A DNA stretch of 64,000 nt, from assembly GCA_964270895.1 (NCBI GenBank), contig OZ185448.1. The stretch is one strand, 5' to 3'. The translations under genes and the position numbers were made by a program. The DNA comes from Podarcis filfolensis. Taxonomy: Eukaryota. Positions 48,687 to 59,800 of the stretch are shown here, piece after piece. Numbering within the stretch: position 1 is the stretch's first letter; every line of letters begins with the position of its first letter. A model generated the notes under the pieces. That model worked only from the letters and a program-made list of their open reading frames with translations, was not told the origin of the DNA and made no database searches.

Positions 48687-49336
48687 TAATATTTATAATA
48701 TAGTAAATATTTTAATATATAATTTTTTTTAAGCCTGCTAGGGTAGGACTGAAAAATGGTTCAAGTGCCTGCCAGAAGCACCTCCCTCTTGTGAACTTTA
48801 ACATTAAGAACACTTATTTTTAGAGGCTTTAAAACAGCGGCAGAGGGAGCCAAGCCTTTCCTCTCCCCCACAAACAGCTTGTCACAAAAAATGTTGTCGC
48901 GGCCCCTGCTCCTCTCACTAAGCCAAAGTTGGGTCCCTGCCACCGAGCAGAGCGGGCATAATTGTCTCCATTCATACAGCACGCCAGCGATCTGATGTTT
49001 GTTAAGAGTGGAGCCAGCTTCCCCTCTCAGTGCCAGAGTGAGTCATCGGGGGATCCGAGGGGAAAGGTTTCGCAACGAGGCAGGCCTGAGTGGAAGGAGC
49101 CTGCAAGGGCTTCCCGCCCCAGAGATTCCCCAACTTAAAAGGCGGCCCCACACAATGGTTCTGGGTTTGTCCTTGGGAACATGTGCAAGACCCAAGAATG
49201 ACGCCACAAAGCTCCCTAGGGAAGCCTTTGCCAACCTGGTGCCCTCCAAATAGATTGGACTACCTGGGAAGATGGTGGACTATGCTTCATCGGAGGTTTC
49301 TCAACAGAAGATGGATGGTCGTCTTGTCAGGAATGC

Positions 49337-49337
<1 letters not shown>

Positions 49338-49376
<39 letters not shown>
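49338..49376. repeat. (ATT)13 microsatellite
   Basis: Direct reading. Confidence 0.95.
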
Positions 49377-49378
<2 letters not shown>

Positions 49379-51717
49379 TGCAATTACTGCATTGCATGGG
49401 GTTGGACTAGATGACCCTGGGGTCCCTTCCAACTCTACGATTCTATGATTCTGTTGACTCCCGTCAACCCCAGCCAGCACATCCGTTTTACTGGAAGGCA
49501 CTAGGTTGGCTAAAGCAGCCTGCAATCCATGCTGTTCTATTTTAAGCTGGAATTGGAATACCAACTCTACTTCTGGATTTCAAGAATCCAAGTAATAATC
49601 TTCAACCAAGTGGGCAGTTCCTCTCTCCCCAGCCTAATTTTCTTTTTTTGAGCGGGGGGGGGGGTGTTTGTCAATGGGCCATTGTATGCATTGAAAGGTT
49701 TAAATGCCCCTTTCCCCTCACTGCAATCACGATCCCATCCTGCAGTTGGGTGGGGTGGAGAAAAGAAACAGATATAAAGGCCATGCTATTTGAAAAGGGA
49801 AATGTTAAATGGAAGGGGTCGAAATCATTTCTGGAGAGAGGCAGAATCACAGAGAAGAAAATAGCTTGACCAATCTGTACTGACCATAGCAAGCCAAATA
49901 ACCTACCCCAACAGCTGTGCGATAGGTCACCTACGTCAGGAGGAATTGCACAGCTGTTCCATTATGTGTGTCTTTTCTGTATTAAAATACACACACCAGC
50001 TGGATGCTGGTTTTATCTGTCGTCTTTTAATTTAAATTTAAACTTAAATTTAAAGGGAAATCATCTGCAAACACTGTAAAAACCCACCTGGAATCATGAG
50101 GCAACCTTCTTCCTCCTCTCAGGCCAGCCAAAGACAGATGAGTATCTTGGCAAATCCATGGGAGGTGATGAAGCCCTTTCCTCTACTCAGGTTTTAAAGT
50201 GTTACTAATTGCCTGTAAACTGACACTAAACAGAACCCCTAGCCTGGACATGATCTCTGCAATTCCCAACATATACCCCTCTATCCGACAGGGGAATCTT
50301 GAGATTCCCCAGGCAGAAGGGAGGCTTGAGAGAAGGTCATTGCCCTGAAATTTTTGGAATGCTATCAGCACTCCAAAATCATCCAGATTTCTTAAACCCA
50401 TTTTGAAGGTATGCAGCCTGGTAGGACTCCAACTCCAGCTGTGAGCTCAGAATAATGTGTGCAAACTGAGGTCGTAAAAGCAGTTCTGAGCATTTATCCA
50501 GTCCGTTTCAAGGGCTTCAGATATATCATCTTCTAAATTAGACCAGTATTTATCATCCCCCGAATTGCAAACAAGGCTCAAGCTTGAGAGAAGAGCAGCT
50601 TGCCAGGAGGTAACAGCTCAGAGTTAAAATCTGAATTGGAGATTTCCTGCCTCACAGCTCATGTTTTCAGTCATCTTTGCTACACCATCTGCGTGCAAAG
50701 TATATATATTTGTGCTCGTTGCAATGGTTCGTGTAATTAGCTACATGCAAAGGATAAGCTACACGATAGCTTTGTTTGTATGCACATTTGTATATGAGGT
50801 ACCTTAAAATAAAATAAAAACCCATCATTAAGGGCAAAACTGGGAATGTAAGATGCTGTTTTATACAGTCAGACCCTTGGTCCATCTAGCTCAGTACTGT
50901 CTACACTGACTGGCATCAGCTCTCCAGGGTTTCAGACAAGAGTCTTTTCCCAGCCCTACCTGGATACATCAGGGACTGAACCTGGGACCTTCTACATCCA
51001 AAGCAGGTGCTCTAACCACCGAGCCAAGGCCCTTCACCCAAACTACATGTGGTGAAATATGTGTAATTATGCTCTGACCCATTTTTGGGTGGGCAAAAGG
51101 GGGAATGAAATGAGAAGAGGGTGAGGAGAAAGGTCCTTAACCCTGTCCCCTTCGGCTCACTTTCCCCCTCAGAATTGCCCTCCCCAAATTGCTCTTCTCT
51201 CTGCCAAAAGAAGACAGCAGTCCCTCCCCACTCCTGGACTCCATATTTTCCCCTCAAGGAGAAAAGCAGCTTGGAGAGGAAAATTTGGAAGAGGAAAATA
51301 ACCAAGCGCCTTTTGGGTCTTCTTTTCTGCACATCTGCCCTTGATTTGGAGCATTTCTTTGTGGTATTTTTCAAGGAGGATAAATGTGCATTTGTGACAG
51401 CACAGGCTGTGGTCTGCACCATGAGAGGGAAGCAAACCAGTCCCCCACGTCTTGTTAACATCACCACTTCCGCCAATGGGTATCGTCTCCCTATCATCAC
51501 CACCACTACTAGTTTTTCCCACTTTTGGACTTTAACTGGCCCAACTCCCTATACTGGGTAGAATGGCATGACACTTAGGCATGGGGTGAAAAGGGAGGCA
51601 TAAACCCAATTATCCAAAACAAACTGTGCTTTACTTAAAAGTTTTAGTAAGGCAGCAAGTTAGATAGCAGTATTTTTCCCCAAAAGAAAACAAGCTTTAT
51701 AGTTTGAGGTGTTAGCT

Positions 51718-52088
51718 GTAAAGGTAAAGGTAAAGGTCCCTCTGCCCGTACGGGCCAGTCGTGTCCGACTCTAGGGTTGTGCGCCCATCTCACTTAAGAG
51801 GCCGGGGGCCAGCGCTGTCCGGAGACACTTCCAGGTCACGTGGCCAGCGTGACGAAGCTGCTCTGGCAAGCCAGCACCAGCGCAGCACACGGAAACGCCG
51901 TTTACCTTCCCGCTATAATGCGGTACCTATTTATCTACTTGCACTTAGGGGTGCTTTCGAACTGCTAGGTGGGCAGGAGCTGGGACCGAAAGACAGGAGC
52001 TCACCCCACCACGGGGATTCGAACCGCCGACCATGCGATCGGCAAGTCCTAAGCACTGAGGTTTTACCCACAGCGCCACCCGCGCCCC
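51718..52088 (-). mobile_element. Sauria-type SINE, divergent subfamily
   Basis: Same head and (ACCTTT)n tail, but a distinct 3' body and retained CpGs. No clear TSD. Confidence 0.88.
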
Positions 52089-54119
52089 ATAAAAGAAACA
52101 CAGGAAAAAATAAGCACATTCAGCTAAACCTATTATTAAACAAGCCAATACATATTGATCTATAACCCTCAATCCAGCTTTTAGGTCCCTTTTAGGTCTT
52201 CCTTCGGCTTTTTTCTGCTGCAGTACTCAACTATACTATTTCCAATGTTCCAGCTCAAAGTATTTCAGCCCTTTTAACCTCTTGAACTCTTCAACTGTTA
52301 ATTAATTTATTTTCCACCTTGATTTATACACATTATTTTCACCTCATCCCAACCTCTCAGCCAATCAGAGGGGGAGAAGACACCTGGTTAAATTTCTATT
52401 TCTCAGGCTAAACGTTGGACCTTCCTGTGTACTTTTGACCTTCCTGTGCAGAACTTTTTGCTGTGCACTTCTGACCTTCCTCTCCTGTGCAGGTATAAAA
52501 GCCTCAGTCTGATCCCAACCTTTGACAGAGCAAGTTGCTCACTTGGAGCTTTCTGTGATGCAGCAACCTCTGAGGAGCCTTCAGCCTTGCTGCTTTCCTT
52601 GTAGGTTGTGGCATCAGACCAGAATACAACAGCCTTATTCTTTCACAACATCCCATGCCTTCTAAACATGCATCTGACTCCACCCTACACCTAGAGGCTT
52701 CTTGGCTGATCTATAGATGATGTTTCTACAGTTAGCACCCATGGTCAAATATCAGTGCAGGTGCAAAAGGTGAACCTGTGCCCCACCTTCTTCAGCCCTT
52801 GGGTTGAGGACCACCTGTTGGCACAAATCCTGGCACTGAAAGACCACCCAAACTGCCTCCACCAGATTAACCACTGCAAGACCACAGCAGGCCAAGAACA
52901 GGTATACTGCAGGGCACCTATGCACAGAGAGGTCAATACTCAAGGTGACTGAAGCAGGTTAGCCAAAGTGCAGCTAATCAGGCCCATAAAGAGCAAACGC
53001 AACATCCTTGCAGAAAATGTCACCCTTTTGGCTGACAAGAATGCCAGGGCAAAGACAGGCTGCTGTTTCACTGAAGGACAAAGCAGTACCATCTGGAGAG
53101 AGAGAAAACCACGGTTCCAGCCACTCTGCTGCTTTGGCTGTGACGATAAGTTTATCCTCCCATCACACCATACTCCTATAAAAATTAAGTGGTAAAAAAC
53201 TCAATTGTAAAGTAAGCAGGAAGGATTTCAGCTTTGATATCCATGATCTGGTAAGATTTGGTGATCTTATGTTCTCATGACCACACAGAAATGCCACCCA
53301 GTAGGTCAGCCTTTCCCAGCCTACTGGTGCCTTGAACTTCCATCATCCCTAACCAGCACAGTATAATGTTGGGGCTGATGGGAGTTAAAAACAGTTGACA
53401 GGCGTAAGGTTGGCAAAGGTTGTCCTTGAGGCAGCAAAAAACACCACCAGCTGCTGACAACAGTCTGAAACAGCCTCCCATAACCTGGTGTCCTCCAGAC
53501 ATTTTGGACTAGAGCTCCCATCAACTGGCTGGGTTTGATGGGGAATTGTAGTCCAAAATATCTGGAGGCCACCAGGTTTGGGAAGTCTGGTCTGGATAAA
53601 AGAGTGGCCCCAAGATCAGAAGGGAAAGTTGACTATTCCTGGCCCACTGTGGGCTAGTCAGGTGCAAACATGCACCCATCCCTCAGTACAGTTATTCCCC
53701 TTTAATTAAGTGGAAGGATGTGACCAGGATTCTTGCAGGCTTTCCCAAAGCAGAACAGGGTGGGAAAGGAGCCAGTGTCCGAAAAACCTTATCAGCAAGG
53801 AACACAGTTCCTCTTCACGGTTTATCTCGGAGCCCAAACTGTACAGCAAGTTCTGAAGCAGCTGCCCCGAGAGCACGCCAACATTCCCTGCATTGCTCCG
53901 TTCCCCCCTTATCTCCTGGAGCAAGAACAGCCTGACAAAGAGGGTACAAAGTATTTTGGAACAGCCAGTGGGCAAGTGGGAGGGGAGGAGGAGGAGGGCT
54001 GTGGGTGCAGAAGCCATGTGATCACCAACCTCACCCACAAGCAAGGCCCCAACGCAAGATCAAGGGCATGGAGCGAAGGGAATGGTGTGAGGAACGGTTG
54101 CAGCATTTGGGGCTTTTCA

Positions 54120-54845
54120 GTTCAGAGAAAAAGCGAGTGAGAGGCGACATGACAAGTTTATGAAATTATGCATGGCATGGAGAAAGCGGACTGAGAAAGG
54201 TTTTTCCAACTCTTTCCTAACACAAGAATTTGTGGTCATCCAATGAAGCTGAATGTTGGAAGGCTCCGGACAGATAAAAGAAAGTCAATCTCTATGCAGC
54301 ACAGAGTTAAACTTTGGAACTCTCTCCCGCAGGAGACTGTGATGGCCACAGACTTAAAAAGGTAAAGGTAAAGGGACCCCTGACCATTAGGTCCAGTCGT
54401 GGCCGACTCTGGGGTTGCGGTGCTCATCTCGCTTTATTGGCCGAGGGAGCCAGTGTACAGCTTCCGGGTCATGTGGCCAGCATGACTAAGCCGCTTCTGG
54501 CGAACCAGAGCAGCGCACAGAAACGCCGTTTACCTTCCCACCGGAGCGGTACCTATTTATCTACTTGCACTTTGATGTGCTTTCGAACTGCTAGGTTGGC
54601 AGGAGCAGGGACCGAGCAACAGGAGCTCACCCCATCGCGGGGATTCGGACCACCGACCTTCCATGAACAAATTCATGGAAGGGAAAGCTACCAATGGCTC
54701 CTGACCATGATGGCTATGCTCTGCCTCCACATTCGGAGGCAGTCATGCTTCTCAATTTCCAGTTGCCGGAAACTGCAGGAGTGGAGAGAACTGGTTGCTG
54801 GACTGTATGGGCCACTGACCTGATCTAGCAGGCTGTTGTTATGAG
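54120..54845 (+). mobile_element. CR1 3' end interrupted by a Sauria-type SINE
   Basis: CR1 ORF2 end at 54120-54356 and 3' UTR at 54661-54845. The SINE (minus strand, 5'-truncated) lies at about 54357-54660. Confidence 0.85.
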
Positions 54846-56334
54846 GTATCGATGCCCTGGCCTACAGATCTAGAGAGCAATGGGTTTCGTAGATCTATGA
54901 GGTGGGGCATTACGTTCTTGGTAATTTAAAATAGAAGGCAGCCACCACAGATGAGACCTGCGCTTGGGTCACTTTCAAAAGCAGCTCTATCATGTGCTGC
55001 TGAAAAGCCTCCAGGGGCCTAGTGGGCGGACAGTCAGTGAATGGTGATGAGTTGGGCCAGTGAGGTTTCTTTTTCTTTTTTACTTGATTACATTTATATC
55101 CTGCCTTTCCTCCAAGGTGCTCAAAGTCAGGTACGTAGTTCTCCCTCGCCCCATTTTATCCATACAAGAACACTGAGAGCTGAGTAAGGCTGAGAGGCAG
55201 TAAGTGGCCCAAGGTCACCCAGTGAGTTTCAGGGCTGTGTGGATTCGAACCTTGGTCTCCCAGGCCATAGTCCAACATTCTAACCCCTGCACCATACTGG
55301 CTCTCTGGTGTCCCCCTTCCAAGCTCCAGGGTCCCTTAGCCAGTGCCTGACCTGGTCAACCACTGGCACCAGGCCTGAAACCACGGCTGGGTGTTACATT
55401 TGAACTAAGCTCATGTCGAAGTCCAAACCAAACTAAGAACAGCTGGCAAAGGAACATCTTGTTGCCAGTAAATGGGTATGCCTGCCTCCCAAATCTCATC
55501 CTCTTAGCGCTACTGAGCTCAGGCTTTTGAATAAATATTATCATTAATAATAACAGCAGCAGCATTTGCTATTTAGCAAGGCCAGCAGATGACCTTGATT
55601 TCCGTTCCTGCAGGAGCTGCCTGTGTGTAAAGTTACAACACACTTTTTTTTTTTGTTCCCGCAAACATCCTCTTAGCAAATGTGGACATTAACAAAATCA
55701 CAATTTTGGCTCTCTGTCCAGCCCTTTACATTGTAATGCCCTTATGCAATTTAAATGTGGAAAAACTGCACACTGAAAAGTGAAACTCCTAAATTCAATT
55801 CTAACATTAAAGAGCCTAATGAAAATTTGTCAGCAGATTTTTCCTAATATAAATATGCTTACATACAGTTTTCCATAAGATACATGTTTTTGCAAAGTGA
55901 CTTCCCCTACTAGAATGCATTTTTAATGTTATTTTCAGTAATATATGCATTCTATGCACATTTACCCCAGTATAAGCATTTTATGCCTGTATTCTTAATG
56001 ATTCCGCAACCCTCCTATAGGTGAACAAATACAAGCACGTAGCTGCCCTATCCCATCCAGTTTGGCTCTGAATGGGTCCCCCCCAAATTGCCCCAGAATC
56101 CTCTCCTCCCCTCCTAGAACTTGTGCAGAAGTTCCTCAGCAGATCAGCTGAAAATTCTGCATAAACATAGTAAGATCCTTGGCTTTATTTTAGAAACCAA
56201 ATGGACTTTGTTCTTTTCTGTACATTCCTTTTAAAATGAACACGTACAAGGCAAAGGGGAAATAATTTATATACAATAATAATTTATGGGGGGGGGAGAG
56301 CAAAAAAGGGCCATGAATCTTTCTTTACTATCTT

Positions 56335-56493
56335 ACCAGAACATAATAATTTGCCCTGCTGAATCAGGCTAATAGCCCATCTAGTCCAATACCCTGCCCC
56401 ACAATAGCCAACCACATACACCAAAAGGAAACCCACACGCAAGACCTGACCACACAAGCCCTCTCTCTCCCTGTGGTTTTCAGCAGACCCATC

Positions 56494-56565
<72 letters not shown>

Positions 56566-56840
56566 TTTCTACCCTTCCCATCTGGCTGGGTTTCCCCAGC
56601 CACTGACAGCCTTATTCCCCTCCATGAATTTGTCCGATCCCATTTTAAAGGCATCCAAGTTGTCGGCCATCACTGCCTCCTGTACAAGTGAGTTCCACAA
56701 TCTAACTCTGTGCTCCGTGAAGTAGTAGTTTCTTCTGACTGTCCTGAAGCTTCCAACATTCAACTTCACTGGATGTCTGCAAGTTCTAGTGTTTTTTTGG
56801 GGAGAGACAGAAACTTTCCTCCATCCATTTTCTCCCCATC
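56335..56840 (-). mobile_element. CR1 3' fragment interrupted by an L2 tail and (AGT)10(AAT)13
   Basis: CR1 3' UTR on both sides; compound microsatellite at 56497-56565; L2 tail to about 56600. Confidence 0.78.
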
Positions 56841-59800
56841 ACACGTTAAGGTCATAAACTTAACTATTAGGAAGAACATCTCAAAGACAAATTTTATTAG
56901 AGCTTCGGCTTCTGTGCTTTTGTCACTGGGTCCAAGAAATTGACACAGCCACCTCTCTACCCTTCGGAAAACTGTCCAGGGACAGATGTTCCGGTTAATT
57001 AAATCAAAAGAAGCTTGCAAGAATTCAGCCGTCCATTCCCACCCAGCTTATCAAAATGCAGCAGCTTCCAGAAACACACGTGGCTGAGGCCCTGATAAAA
57101 CCCGTCTTACGACTGTTCACGTACGCCTCTACCAACACACGTCACTTTGAGCACTGCATATCCTATGCCAGCCTTCGCCTAACCCTGTGAAACCGCAGAG
57201 ATGTTTTAGGATACAACTCCCAGCCAGCACGTCTCCACCTTCCCACATTCTTCAATTTACTTTTAAGCAGGTACAAATCACGAATTATCAGCTGGGTCAG
57301 ATAACCCCGCAGAGAGCAGCGCCATCTCCGGAGAGGCGGGGTGTGTATGGTGTGATGGACAGGATCTATCAGCTCCGTTTTCAGCTTAGCAGCCAAATAT
57401 AATCCATTCCCGCCCTTTGCTGGGAAGAATGCTGCGATGGAATCTAATCTATCTTGATCCAAGACAAAGCAAAGAGGACAGAGTGACCAGGAACCGTTTT
57501 CTCTCCATACACTCTGAAAGCAGCCATTATGGTCTAAGATTTCGCCTCTTGGCAAACATCCCTCTAACAAAGGTGTGAGAGAGGGCAAAAAATAGCTGCT
57601 TTGTTTTTAAATGATTTTTTTTAGTTAAAAATCTGCTCAACTTCTTCGGTTTTACACAACAAACTGGGTTATGCAGGGCCAAGTATACAAGCAGCACACA
57701 AACAACAAAGAAGCTTGTGGCACCTTTAAAGACCAACACATTTATTACAGTAAACTTTAAGAGGACCCCAAGGCCTCTGGTTTTGCTTATCCTGCAAGAG
57801 ACCAGCACAATCTACCTTTCTGGAAAAAGAGGCGCCAAGGGAATGAAAGAAGAAAGCACCACATTATCAGCTGGTACCAAAGTGATTCATCAGGGAGTTT
57901 ATCTGAAGATCGCCAAGACTCACAGTAAACTGGAAGGAAACTTAGCAAGGAAGGAAGACATGCAGTGTTGAAACCGACCCAAAATTTATCCACATCTTCC
58001 ATGGCAGTCAGGTGGCCGTGAGCACCAGGGATAGGTGTTTTCTCCCTGATGGGCACAGACATCCAGAACTGATTGTGAAAGGCATGAAAGAACCACTTGT
58101 AGAAAGCAGTGGCATTTCTTACCATAACAGAAGTTTGGGTGGTGTGACACAGAGGAGCTGTGAGGGGATATAGGAGCTGTGATGGGATGGGGGTTTGGGT
58201 GAGCTGTAAGGAGATGGGCTGGGGCTTGGCAAGGCAAGTCAGGGGTTTGGAAAGCCATGCAAACAGGGGCAGCAGCCCTTACTATATTCAATATTCACGA
58301 ATAAAGCCACCAACCCTTTTATACCCTGGCTGCATAAGAAGGTAGTGTGAGCCTGGAGAGGAGACAGAAAGGACCTCTGCTTTTGGGTGGAGCTGATCAA
58401 GTATGTTTGCTCCAGCTTGGAAGGCGTTCCTGACCTGCTTCTTCATTTGTGTCACGGCTGTGTTAACAGGAGAACTGTTAGCAACATGGCACAGGCCCAA
58501 CAGGTTCCAATCTTGCTGCAAACAGAGAACAGCCTTCTCTGGTGCTCTCCAGGTGTTGCGGGCCCGCAGCACCCATTCAGCCCCACTGCTGAATCCCCCA
58601 CACTTCCTGTGTACATTTCCTCCATTTTTATTGTCCTGTCCTCCTGCTTTTAATGACTGGCAAGGCCAGATGAAGAAATGTCGCTGCCTGAGGCAGACAA
58701 GATGGTGCCCACAAAGGCACACACCATACTTCATGTAGCACAACAAGCTGCCTTGTTGATGGGGCAGCATCTTAAAGGCAGAAAGGAGGAAGGGCAAGCT
58801 CTTAATTCCCCCCCTCCCCTGCTTTGCTCTCCAGTCCCTCACTGGTATTTCCCACCCATCCCAAATCTGCCACATGAAGTGGGTGCCCAATGGCTGGACC
58901 AGCCCTGAAGAAGAAGAGTCCTGCTGGATCAGGCCAATGAGTCAATGGGATAGATGCCTCAATAGGAAGACCACAAGCAGGATCTGAGTACAAGAGTGAC
59001 TCTCTGCCACTGTGGTTTCTAGCAACTGGTATTCAGAAGCATTGCTGCCTCCAACTGTGAAGCCATCATGGCTATCCTCTGTAACTCCTGAATTCCAACA
59101 TTCTGTTTTGCTGGATGTCCACAAATTCTAGTGTTATGAGAGGGGGAAAAAGACTTTTCTCTATCCACTTTCTCTATGCCATGCATAATTTTGGAAACAT
59201 GTATTGTGTCACCTCTTGCCCAACCTTTCTCTAAACTAAGAAGTCACAAACACTGCAACCTTCCCTTGCTGCGGAGACCCTAGTATCACTAGAGGCCCTT
59301 GTCAAGGAACCATATTCCCTATTTATTTCAATGTTTTGCCCTGCCCTTCCTCCTGAAAAAGCTCAGTGTGGCAAACACACCAATTATAATAAAAACATAG
59401 TCAAAGGCATTCTAAAAACAGTTAGAAACATTCTAAAAACATTCTCTCAGCTGGTGATTATGGGGTTACCAAGAATACTATCTTCTAGCCATCAAATGCC
59501 TTGAGGAAACAGGAAGATCTTTAAATTCCTCCTAAAAGTCCATCATCTCCTTAGGGAGATATATGCTAGAGCAGACATATTTTACCAGCCTTCCCCAACC
59601 TGGTGCCCTCCAGATGTTTGGTACCATGAAGCTGCCTGAGGATGATGGGAGCTGGAGCCCAAAAGAGGCTTCAGATTGGGGAAGGCTCAACATAAAGCAG
59701 CTCCACATTGAATCCTACAATTCATCTTCACCCCACTTCAAGCACCTCAACCTCTCCTAGGGCAGCATCCAAAAATATAATCCTGAAGTCAAAGAAGATG

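Noticed and set aside
51012-51561. Cluster of 117-164 aa ORFs on both strands
   Set aside because: No recognisable product, and the phase of the candidate donor does not fit NHERF2 exon 3.
52560-52640. 'VVFWSDATTY' on the minus strand resembling a BEL/Pao RNase H motif
   Set aside because: Only a few residues match, it is bounded by stops, and there is no other pol motif nearby.
54314-54823. 169-aa ORF (and similar ORFs at 28304 and 51761)
   Set aside because: Antisense reading of Sauria SINE and CR1 sequence.
57163-57588. 141-aa minus ORF
   Set aside because: No homology recognised; the region is better explained as a GATA-rich non-coding element.
58288-58890. 200-aa minus ORF and overlapping plus ORFs (58387, 58403, 58678)
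   Set aside because: No recognisable domain and no convincing paired splice sites; open frames on both strands suggest composition rather than coding.
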